NCBI GenBank assembly: GCA_040752615.1
Contig: JBFMGV010000092.1
Coordinates: 45,659-109,658, forward strand
DNA length: 64,000 nt
Reading direction: 5' to 3'
DNA from: Pseudomonadota bacterium
GTDB lineage: Bacteria; Pseudomonadota; Alphaproteobacteria; Caulobacterales; Caulobacteraceae
The notes under the pieces are model-generated. The model was not told the origin of the DNA. It did not search any database and saw only the letters and a program-made list of their open reading frames with translations. Within the stretch, counting starts at the first letter, position 1. The number at the start of each line of letters is the position of its first letter. The translations under genes were made by a program, and so were the position numbers. Shown here in pieces: positions 1 through 7,295 of this stretch.

Positions 1-1488
1 GACCTGGCCGGGCGTCAGGGTGAGATAGGTCCCGCCACAGGCGCGGACGAAGATCTCGGCGCCGCGATCCTTGTCGATGAACACCTGCTGGGCGCCGAGC
101 TTCTCCAGTTGGGCCAGCATGAAGTTCTGGACCACGGTCTTTCCCGACCCGGAGGGGCCGCAGATGAAGGTGTGGCCGAGGTCGCCCACGTGGAAGCTGA
201 AGGCATAGGGCGAGCCTGCGGACGTGCGCAGCGTCGTCACCGCCTGGCCCCAGTGGTTGCCGCTCGGCTGCCCGCTGGGATGAGTGTGGAAGGGGGCAAA
301 GCTCGCGAAGTTGCGGCTAGTGATCGCCGCCGGCCTCAGGCGCAGGCCGAAGTTGCCCGGGAACTGCGCCCAGAACGCTGCTTCCAGGCCCAGGTCCTCC
401 CGGGCGACGACCAGGCCGGCGTCGGCCAGGATGGCGCGGGCGCGGGCGAGGTGGTCGGCCAGGCGGCGCGGAGTGTCGCCGTAGACCACGACGGAAGCCT
501 GGTGTTCGCCCATGACGAAGCGGTTCGACATCAGGTCGTCCAGCGCCGCGTCGAGCCCGTCGATCTGGGAGGCCGCCCGGTCGCGGGCCGACAGCATCTG
601 GTTCTGCTTGCGGGTCAGCACCGTCTGCGCCGAGGCCTTGGAGAGGAAGGCAAATGACTGCGAGGCGACGAGCGGGAAGGGCGCCGACAGCAGCTCGTCC
701 CAAAGGCCGGGCCGGGTGGCGGCGGGATACTCCTTGATCCCGAGCACGGCCCCGAAGCGCGCGGTGGCGACGTCGCGGATCTCCAGGGCCTCGCGGCCGA
801 AGATGACACGGGCGGTGTAGATCGCTTCGCCAAGATGGCCGCGGACCAGGGGTACGCGCGACGGTTCGCCCGTCAGGATGGTCCGCAGCATCTCCATGGG
901 CGCGGAGAAGGTGAGACCCTCGCGGTCGTAGAGTGCGAGGGGTTCGGGACGATAGCGACCGAGATGCTGGGCCAGAGCCTCGCCGGCATCCTCCAGCACC
1001 CGGATGGTGTCGTCGGTCTCGAGCTCAACGCGGCTGGCATGGATCAGTCGCGAGACCCAGGCCTGCGTGCGCTCCGCGACCTCACGCCCCGGATGAAGAA
1101 CCAGCGAGACGTAGAGCTCGTTCTGAAGGTAGCGATTGCGGCCGAGCCGCGCCCGGTAGTCCGCGTCGAGCTCCTGGGCGAACGCCGAGCGGAACTGGCC
1201 TTCGACCGGTGGATCGGCCTCGCGCCGCACGAGGTGGTGCCAGACGGCGAGCCGGTCGGAGGCGAGGTTACGCCATGCGCCATTGAGCTTGGCGTGGCGG
1301 TCGTTGAGGTCACGGATGTCCGCCGTCTCAAAGCTCGCGCCGGCCAGGCGGTAGCTCAGCATCATCGCGCCGGTGTCGAGCGCGATGACGCGGGCGTTCA
1401 CATGTCGGGCGTAGGGCAGCGTGCGCGACGCCTGCAGCTCACGCTGCCGCGCGCGGCCCGGCGCAGCATGAAGGGCGAGCTCAGACAT
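1..1488 (-). CDS. virB4: Type IV secretion ATPase VirB4, N-terminal ~496 codons (partial, continues past the left window edge)
   Basis: The minus-strand frame is open from position 1 to the ATG (rc) at 1486-1488. I checked it codon by codon for tta/cta/tca and found none. Walker A 'GPSGSGKT' is encoded around 136-159. The start overlaps the virB3 stop (ATGTCTGA). It is absent from the ORF track because no stop lies inside the window. Confidence 0.85.
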   Translation of the reverse strand, partial: MSELALHAAPGRARQRELQASRTLPYARHVNARVIALDTGAMMLSYRLAGASFETADIRDLNDRHAKLNGAWRNLASDRLAVWHHLVRREADPPVEGQFRSAFAQELDADYRARLGRNRYLQNELYVSLVLHPGREVAERTQAWVSRLIHASRVELETDDTIRVLEDAGEALAQHLGRYRPEPLALYDREGLTFSAPMEMLRTILTGEPSRVPLVRGHLGEAIYTARVIFGREALEIRDVATARFGAVLGIKEYPAATRPGLWDELLSAPFPLVASQSFAFLSKASAQTVLTRKQNQMLSARDRAASQIDGLDAALDDLMSNRFVMGEHQASVVVYGDTPRRLADHLARARAILADAGLVVAREDLGLEAAFWAQFPGNFGLRLRPAAITSRNFASFAPFHTHPSGQPSGNHWGQAVTTLRTSAGSPYAFSFHVGDLGHTFICGPSGSGKTVVQNFMLAQLEKLGAQQVFIDKDRGAEIFVRACGGTYLTLTPGQV

Positions 1489-1813
1489 GGGCCGTCCGCC
1501 AAAGGCGACGCCGGACCAGGGGCAACGGGCTTGCTGAACTTCCGCCCCAGAGGCCGCCGTTTCGCGCCCGGCCCTTCGTCTCCACGAAGAGGTAGATCAC
1601 GCGGAAGGCGTTGGGGTCGGCCTTGCAGATCGCCCGGAACACAACGTGCAGCACGGGCGCGATCAGCAGGTACAGGAAGGAGCCGCCCCCCAGGAAGGCG
1701 ACGGTAGAGACCATGACGTTGACCCCCATGGCCTCCATCGGGACGCCGAAGATCATCGCCGGCCTCGTACAGGCCAGGAACAGGACGTCCTCCTGTAGGC
1801 GCTCAGACGTCAT
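1481..1813 (-). CDS. virB3: Type IV secretion protein VirB3
   Basis: 110-aa small membrane protein. It has a VirB3-like 'RPAMIFGVPMEA' segment followed by a hydrophobic helix. It sits between virB2 and virB4 with overlapping stop/start. Confidence 0.8.
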   Translation of the reverse strand: MTSERLQEDVLFLACTRPAMIFGVPMEAMGVNVMVSTVAFLGGGSFLYLLIAPVLHVVFRAICKADPNAFRVIYLFVETKGRARNGGLWGGSSASPLPLVRRRLWRTAHV

Positions 1814-1815
1814 CG

Positions 1816-2118
1816 TCAGGCTCCGCCGCCGCCGGTGATCATGTCGACGATCGTCGAGGCGCCGAAGATCACGATGATGCCGATGACCACGGTGCCCGCG
1901 CGGCGTAGGTCGATCTGGCCGAACATCCAGACCACGCCCGTCAGGATTACGGCCAGCACCGCGAGCAGGCGCACGACCCCGCTGTTGAGCAGGTCGATCA
2001 GGTTTTGCAGGAACCCGGTCAGGTCACCGCCCACGTTCTGGGCGAAGGCGGGACTGGCGGCGAACGTCGCGGTGGTGGCGAGCAGGACGAGGGTCCGGGC
2101 CCGGCGGGAAACACTCAT
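1816..2118 (-). CDS. virB2: Type IV pilin VirB2/TrbC family
   Basis: 100 aa. A signal peptide ends at 'AFAQ', followed by two hydrophobic helices and a Gly-rich C-terminus. Position is between virB1 and virB3, and its start overlaps the virB1 stop by 4 nt. Confidence 0.75.
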   Translation of the reverse strand: MSVSRRARTLVLLATTATFAASPAFAQNVGGDLTGFLQNLIDLLNSGVVRLLAVLAVILTGVVWMFGQIDLRRAGTVVIGIIVIFGASTIVDMITGGGGA

Positions 2119-2714
2119 GGCGTAGCTCCTGAGGCTGAAAAGACGGCGCGGCTGCGGACGGCGGCGGCGCGGCCGAAGACGTCCCAGGCGGGGGGGTCTG
2201 GAGGCGCGATGGCGAGCTGCGCCGATGCGGGCGTCGCGCGGTCCGCGCGTGGGCCGGCGTGGGCGACGACGCGGGCGACGTACCCGTTGCGGAATCCGCG
2301 CTGGAGATCGCCGGTGTTGTAGACGCTGAAGGCGACGCGCAGGGCCGCCTGGCCCGGTCCGTGGGCGCCGCGGCCTCGCGCGTAGCCGTCACGCAGCACC
2401 CGCGCAGAGGCCGCGAGGTTGGCGCAAGGATCGAAGGCGGCTTCGACGGACAGACCGAGGCGGCGGAGGTTGCGCACGTTGATCTGGGCAAGACCAAGAT
2501 CGATGTCACGGCCACGCGCGATCAGGTCGCGCGCCAGGGCTGCCGCTTCGCCAGCGCTATTCGGCTTAGGGCGCTGAGCTGCCGCTCCGTTCACGCCGAT
2601 CGCCCAGGGGTTCAGTCCGCTCTCGGCCCGCGCGACCGCCAGCATGGTTTCGGGCGCCACACCGGGTGCGCACTGGGCGGCCAGGGCCATGACGAGAGCC
2701 GGGCTGAGGGGCAT
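2115..2714 (-). CDS. virB1: VirB1-like lytic transglycosylase (SLT domain)
   Basis: SLT catalytic region 'AVARAESGLNPWAIGVN' and 'GLAQINVRN'. I prefer the ATG at 2714, preceded by AAGGA, over the track start at 2807. Confidence 0.8.
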   Translation of the reverse strand: MPLSPALVMALAAQCAPGVAPETMLAVARAESGLNPWAIGVNGAAAQRPKPNSAGEAAALARDLIARGRDIDLGLAQINVRNLRRLGLSVEAAFDPCANLAASARVLRDGYARGRGAHGPGQAALRVAFSVYNTGDLQRGFRNGYVARVVAHAGPRADRATPASAQLAIAPPDPPAWDVFGRAAAVRSRAVFSASGATP

Positions 2715-2962
2715 CGCTTGTCCTTTCGGGACGAGCCTGTCCGCACAGCCGTTGGGTGGCGAGGGCGTAACTTGGCCCCCTCCCGGCGCCGGTTCGCCTG
2801 ATTGCATGCGCCAGAATTTGGCGTGTCATGCGCCCCTGCTGGCGCGTGCGGCGGCGATGATTGGCACCTTGGGTTCAGGCCGGGAACCGGGCTCGCAGCG
2901 AAGTAATTCCAGGACCTGTTCTACGCGCCGCAAGTCGCGGCGCTTTCGTCAAGGAACAGGAT

Positions 2963-3244
2963 ATGCGTGAGTTGCAGAGTGTTGGGCCTGCAGTGCGTTC
3001 GAAGACCAGCGATGATGTCATCGCGCTCTCGCCGCGGCAGACCGAGTGTCTGTTCTGGGTGCAGCAGGGAAAGAGTTCGCGAGACATCGCGGTCATTCTC
3101 GGCGTGTCTCATCGGATCGTGGAACGTCACGTCTTCAAGGCGTGTCAGAAGCTCGGCGTCCGCACCCGGCTGCAGGCGGTCATTCGCGCCCGCAGCTTGG
3201 GCCTGATCGACGACCCGCCGCCACGCCGGGTCGCGGCGGCCTAG
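2963..3244 (+). CDS. LuxR/GerE-family HTH regulator, DNA-binding domain only (~93 aa)
   Basis: GerE-type HTH 'LSPRQTECLFWVQQGKSSRDIAVILGVSHRIVERHVFKACQKLGV'. The ATG at 2963 has an AAGGA-type SD. The track start at 2861 adds an unlikely extension. The gene is divergent from the virB operon. Confidence 0.75.
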   Translation: MRELQSVGPAVRSKTSDDVIALSPRQTECLFWVQQGKSSRDIAVILGVSHRIVERHVFKACQKLGVRTRLQAVIRARSLGLIDDPPPRRVAAA

Positions 3245-3720
3245 TCGTCCTCGAGATCGCCGCCGAGGCTCTCGTCGAACATCCACTGCTCGAGGTCGGC
3301 GGCGTACTTCTCGGCCCGATGCCGAAGGAGCGCGAAGCCCCGCGTGTAGACCAGCGACAGGGAGCGGGAGTCGAGGCGGCGGATGTCGTCGCCGGAGGCT
3401 TTGTCGAAACGGCGCAGCGCCACGACCATCAAGGACGCGCCGCTGTTGCCGGCTGTGCGCAAGGCGTATTCGACCGAACCCATCTCGACACCGAGGATGA
3501 TGCCCCAGGGGTCGGCCTCGACGATCTCGGCGAACCGATGAATCTCGTCACGCTCCAGGCCGTAGAATCCAGACTCCCATCGCTGGTAGGTGCGAGGCGC
3601 CTTGCCCATACGCTTGGCCACCTCGATCGACCGCAGCCCGGCCCGTCGGCGAAGCAGTTTCAGGATGCGGCGCAGGGTGGCGCGTCGCGTCGAAGCATCC
3701 TGGTCGAGCAAGAGATCCAT
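3241..3720 (-). CDS. XRE-family HTH transcriptional regulator with uncharacterised C-terminal domain
   Basis: HTH_3-like 'LRSIEVAKRMGKAPRTYQRWESG' near the N-terminus. GC3-rich codons. The stop overlaps the LuxR stop in a CTAG at 3241-3244. Confidence 0.7.
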   Translation of the reverse strand: MDLLLDQDASTRRATLRRILKLLRRRAGLRSIEVAKRMGKAPRTYQRWESGFYGLERDEIHRFAEIVEADPWGIILGVEMGSVEYALRTAGNSGASLMVVALRRFDKASGDDIRRLDSRSLSLVYTRGFALLRHRAEKYAADLEQWMFDESLGGDLEDD

Positions 3721-3820
3721 GCACGCAAACGCAACAACCTAAACTTGCTGTCACAAGACATACACGATCCCGATGTGAGGGAAAGCGCTGCTGTCGGGCA
3801 GCCGACGCTCTGGCTCGGGA

Positions 3821-4327
3821 TCAGGCCGTTGAGCCAGGTTTGACCGCGCCGTCGTCGGCGACAGGACCTTCGGCGGGCGCTTCACCGCCGCTCGCGACTT
3901 TCCGCTTGAGGGGGCGCAATCCGCGAAGCGTCGCGAACGTCACGATCGCAAGGATCAGGGCGACGTCGTAGAGGCCGTACCCCACGGCGGCGCCCAGCGC
4001 CCCGGTGACCCACAGGCTTGCCGCTGTCGCCGTGCCCGACGCTTTGCCGTAGCCCTTCAGGATTGCGCCGCCGCCGACGAACCCCACCCCGGTGATGAGG
4101 CCCTCCATGATCCGCGCCTGGCCCATCGAGGTGCGGCCGAGGATCTCGATGGCCACGAGAACAAAGCCGCAGGCTCCCATAGCCACGAGTGGGAAGGTCC
4201 GGATGCCGGCGCTTCGCTCGTGCCGTTCGCTGTCCAGGCCAATGGGCAGCGCCAGCAAGAAGGCGATCGCCAAGCTGACCAGGTGGTCGACGACGCCCAT
4301 CCAATCGACGGCCGCGAAGGCTTGCAT
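3821..4327 (-). CDS. mgtC: MgtC/SapB family membrane protein
   Basis: 168 aa with typical MgtC features: 'ERHERSAGIRTFPLV', 'GLITGVGFVGGGAIL' and 'TATAASLWVTGALGAAVG', across 4-5 TM helices. Confidence 0.85.
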   Translation of the reverse strand: MQAFAAVDWMGVVDHLVSLAIAFLLALPIGLDSERHERSAGIRTFPLVAMGACGFVLVAIEILGRTSMGQARIMEGLITGVGFVGGGAILKGYGKASGTATAASLWVTGALGAAVGYGLYDVALILAIVTFATLRGLRPLKRKVASGGEAPAEGPVADDGAVKPGSTA

Positions 4328-4440
4328 CGCACTCCTCGAAGCGTGGCCGGTACGGCCGACCCTCCAACGACCGGTCCGCGCTTCGGTTGCGCGAATGATG
4401 TGCGGTTAGGATCGAAGCGGCAGGGTGTCGCCAGCTTGGC

Positions 4441-4620
4441 CTAGTCGGCCGCCGTCGCGCTTTCCGGGGTGGGGGCGTTCAACAGCCCTGCCAGGTGATT
4501 GGCGTCCTCCTGGGTGAGGCCACGTTGAGGCGCCATGGCGATCACGGCCGGCGCGCCGGTGGCGAGCTCGATCACACTGAAGCCTCGGCTATCGGGGCGG
4601 ATCACGTAGCGCTCGATCAT
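4441..4620 (-). CDS. Small hypothetical protein (59 aa) 'MIERYVIRPDSRGFSVIELATGAPAVIAMAPQRGLTQEDANHLAGLLNAPTPESATAAD'
   Basis: Found by hand. It falls just under the apparent 60-aa cutoff of the ORF track. ATG (rc) is at 4618-4620 with GGAG about 12 nt upstream, and the stop is at 4441-4443. Codons are GC3-rich. It resembles small conserved alphaproteobacterial proteins (recollection only). Confidence 0.4.
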   Translation of the reverse strand: MIERYVIRPDSRGFSVIELATGAPAVIAMAPQRGLTQEDANHLAGLLNAPTPESATAAD

Positions 4621-4800
4621 CGGCGGATGATGCTCCGCCGTGGGCGCCGAGCCAATGCCGGGTCCGCAAAGACCTGTGGGTTGTTCGGAGGGGCCTCGCC
4701 ATGTGACGCGCTGACCATGGCCAGCCGACTGAATCGTAGTGTAAGGGTTGGAGATCGGCGGTCCGATCGTGAAGATCGATCGGTTGTCGATAGGTCCCGA

Positions 4801-4826
4801 TTGATGATGTTGTTCTACATCATCAA
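4801..4826. promoter_or_regulatory. Perfect 10-bp inverted repeat TTGATGATGT-N6-ACATCATCAA (candidate operator)
   Basis: Read directly at 4801-4810 and 4817-4826. A third TTGATGAT half-site lies at 4920-4927. All sit in the lower-GC intergenic region between the 59-aa ORF and the TonB-dependent receptor. Confidence 0.4.
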
Positions 4827-5063
4827 CCCGCCAGCGAAAGATTCGGACGGTATGCGGGACGGTAACTCAAATTCCCGTGATCTGAATTGAGCCAATATTA
4901 CAATTGCTTAGCGGATCCGTTGATGATCGAGTGGGAATAGGCGCCCGCCGCCGAAAGCGGGCGCGGACGGTTTCGTAACGTACGCGGAAACCGTTCCGTA
5001 CTCTCCGCGCGCGGCGCGAGCGCGCATGAGCGGCCCCTGTTTCGGGGAGAGGGCCGCCAGGTC

Positions 5064-7085
5064 ATGCGTCAGTTGGGATTCGCCGCGCTGTGTGTCGCGG
5101 GCGTGGGTTTGGTCTGCGGGCAGGCGGCGGCGGCCGAGGACGAGGCGGTGGCGACCGCGGGCGACAGCGTCCAGGAGGTGGTGATCTTCGGCCGTGGCGA
5201 GGCCAAGATCGGGATCGCGCACGCCGCCAGCGAGGGCACGATCGCGGGGTCGGACATGCTGGTGCGGCCGCTGCTGCGGACGGCCGAGCTGCTGGAGGCC
5301 GTGCCGGGACTGATCGCGGCCCAGCACTCGGGCACGGGGAAGGCGAACCAGTACTTCCTGCGTGGCTTCAACCTGGACCACGGGTCGGACTTCACGACCT
5401 ACATCGACGACGTGCAGATGAACTTCCGCACGCACGGGCATGGCCACGGCTACCTGGACCTCAACGGCCTGATCCCCGAGATCATCGAGCGCGAGGACTT
5501 CCGCAAGGGCCCGTACCGCGCCGACGGCGGCGACTTCGCCCTGGCGGGGGCGGCCTACATGACCACCAAGGACGCCTATGACCGTCCTTGGGTCGCGGCG
5601 GAAGCGGGGGTGAGAGGCCACGGCCGGGTGGCGGCGGGCGGCACCCTGGGCGACGTGGCCGGCGGGCGGCTGACCCTGGTCGGCGAGTTCAAGGTCTATG
5701 ACGGGCCCTGGGAGCAGCCAGAGCGTCTGCGCCACTACGCGGCCTTCGCGAAATACCAGCGCGACATCGCCATCGGGGCGCTGGAGCTGACCACCCATGC
5801 CTATCGTGGGACCTGGCGGCCCACCGAGCAGATTCCGGAGCGGATCGTCGGCTCGGCGGCCTGCGAGGATGTGTTCTGCTCGCCCGACCCCTCCGCCACC
5901 GGCGAGACGACCCGGGTGGTCTCGAACGCACGCATCCTGGGCGAGGACTGGAAGGCCAACCCCTACGTCCAGTTCTACGACTGGAACATGTTCTCGAACC
6001 CGACGTACGCCAACGCGGACGGCACGAGCGCGCAGATCCACCAGTTCGACCGGCGCTGGGTCCTGGGCCTGAAGGCCGAGAGGACCTGGCGGGCCTCCGA
6101 CGCCCTGGAACTGCGCGTCGGGACCGAGAACCGCTACGACGACATCGACAAGGTGGGGGTGACGCAGACCTCGGCGCGCGCGTTCGTGGACTCGTTCGGG
6201 CTCTATCGGGTGAAGGAGGCCTCGCTTTCGGTGTTCGCCGAGGCGACGTGGCGGCCGGTGGAGAAGCTGCGGCTGATCGGCGGGCTGCGCGGCGACGCCT
6301 ACTTCGCCGACATCACCGCGCGGGACGCGGCGGCCGCGGCGGTGGGGGTAGGCGACGCGGACGATGCGATCATTTCGCCCAAGGTCTCGGCGGCCTATGC
6401 CCTGACCGATCACGTGGAGCTGTACGCGAACTGGGGCCGGGGCTTCCATTCCAACGATGTCCGGGGCGCGGTTTCCGCCACGCCCGTGCCGCTGCTGGTG
6501 AAGGGGGCGGGCAAAGAGGCCGGCGCGCGGCTGCAGTTCGGAACCCTGTCGCTGACCGGGACCTACTGGACGCTGAAGGTCGGCAGCGAACTGCGGTTCG
6601 TGGGCGACTCCAACGCCGTGGAGCCGACGGGCGCCAGCAAGCGTCGCGGCTACGAGCTGGTGGCGTTCTGGAAGCCCTTCGACTGGATGGCGCTGGACGC
6701 CAACTACACCGCCAGCCATGCCCGCTACGACAATGGCGACCACATCCCCAATGCGTTCGAGAACGCGGCGGCGGCCGGGATCTCGGTGGTGAAGGACGGC
6801 TGGGAGGGCTCGATCCGGGTGCGCCACCTGGGGCCGTCGCCCCTGATCGAGGACAACTCGGTGCGCGACAAGGGATCGACCGTGGTCAACCTGCGCGCCG
6901 CGCGGAAGTTCGAGCACGTGGAGGTCTATGGCGACGTGCTGAACCTGCTGAACAGCCGCGACAAGGACATCGCCTATTTCTACGAGAGCTACATCCCGGG
7001 GGTGGACGCCGCGCCCGTCGAGGGGCGGCTGAGCCGGGTGGTCGAGCCCCGGACGGTGCGGGTGGGGGCCACGTACCGGTTCTAG
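5064..7085 (+). CDS. TonB-dependent outer-membrane receptor (His-rich loop 'THGHGHGY')
   Basis: 673 aa. Signal peptide 'CGQAAAA', plug-domain motifs ('LLEAVPGLIAAQHSGTGKANQYFLRGFNLDHGSDF') and a C-terminal beta-barrel ending 'VGATYRF'. Confidence 0.9.
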   Translation: MRQLGFAALCVAGVGLVCGQAAAAEDEAVATAGDSVQEVVIFGRGEAKIGIAHAASEGTIAGSDMLVRPLLRTAELLEAVPGLIAAQHSGTGKANQYFLRGFNLDHGSDFTTYIDDVQMNFRTHGHGHGYLDLNGLIPEIIEREDFRKGPYRADGGDFALAGAAYMTTKDAYDRPWVAAEAGVRGHGRVAAGGTLGDVAGGRLTLVGEFKVYDGPWEQPERLRHYAAFAKYQRDIAIGALELTTHAYRGTWRPTEQIPERIVGSAACEDVFCSPDPSATGETTRVVSNARILGEDWKANPYVQFYDWNMFSNPTYANADGTSAQIHQFDRRWVLGLKAERTWRASDALELRVGTENRYDDIDKVGVTQTSARAFVDSFGLYRVKEASLSVFAEATWRPVEKLRLIGGLRGDAYFADITARDAAAAAVGVGDADDAIISPKVSAAYALTDHVELYANWGRGFHSNDVRGAVSATPVPLLVKGAGKEAGARLQFGTLSLTGTYWTLKVGSELRFVGDSNAVEPTGASKRRGYELVAFWKPFDWMALDANYTASHARYDNGDHIPNAFENAAAAGISVVKDGWEGSIRVRHLGPSPLIEDNSVRDKGSTVVNLRAARKFEHVEVYGDVLNLLNSRDKDIAYFYESYIPGVDAAPVEGRLSRVVEPRTVRVGATYRF

Positions 7086-7295
7086 AACCAGGCTGTAACG
7101 GGTGCTGGAACCGTTCTCTACTCGCCGGGCGGGACGCAGGCGGCCAGCTTGACGTCCGCCGTGGCCGGTCCCCCAAGGCCCCGCGGCCGAGCCTTCCGGA
7201 CCCTGGCGCGAGGCGCGCCGGGGTGTTCGGGTTCTGCGGGCGGCCGCGCCTCCAACGCCGCCGCCCGCGATTTTTCCCGGATCTTCGCGCGGCCC

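Noticed and set aside
3721-3820. Short palindromes (TGTCACA, TGTC-N4-GACA) upstream of the XRE gene as an operator, and a GTCGG-N4-CCGAC hairpin as the mgtC terminator
   Set aside because: The arms are only 4-5 bp and there is no T-run. This is not distinguishable from chance in a 100-bp spacer.
4495-4890. 131-aa plus-strand ORF in the low-GC spacer
   Set aside because: It is Arg-rich and implausible, and it runs antisense to the better-supported 59-aa ORF and through the palindromic operator region.
4880-5063. Known riboswitch (cobalamin or TPP) upstream of the TonB-dependent receptor
   Set aside because: I could not find a B12 box or the TPP 'CUGAGA...ACCUGA' core. I kept it only as an unclassified structured leader.
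4908-6917. 669-aa minus-strand ORF
   Set aside because: It is antisense to the TonB-dependent receptor, which has a signal peptide, a plug domain and a terminal Phe. The ORF is an Arg/Gly/Pro-rich nonsense protein.
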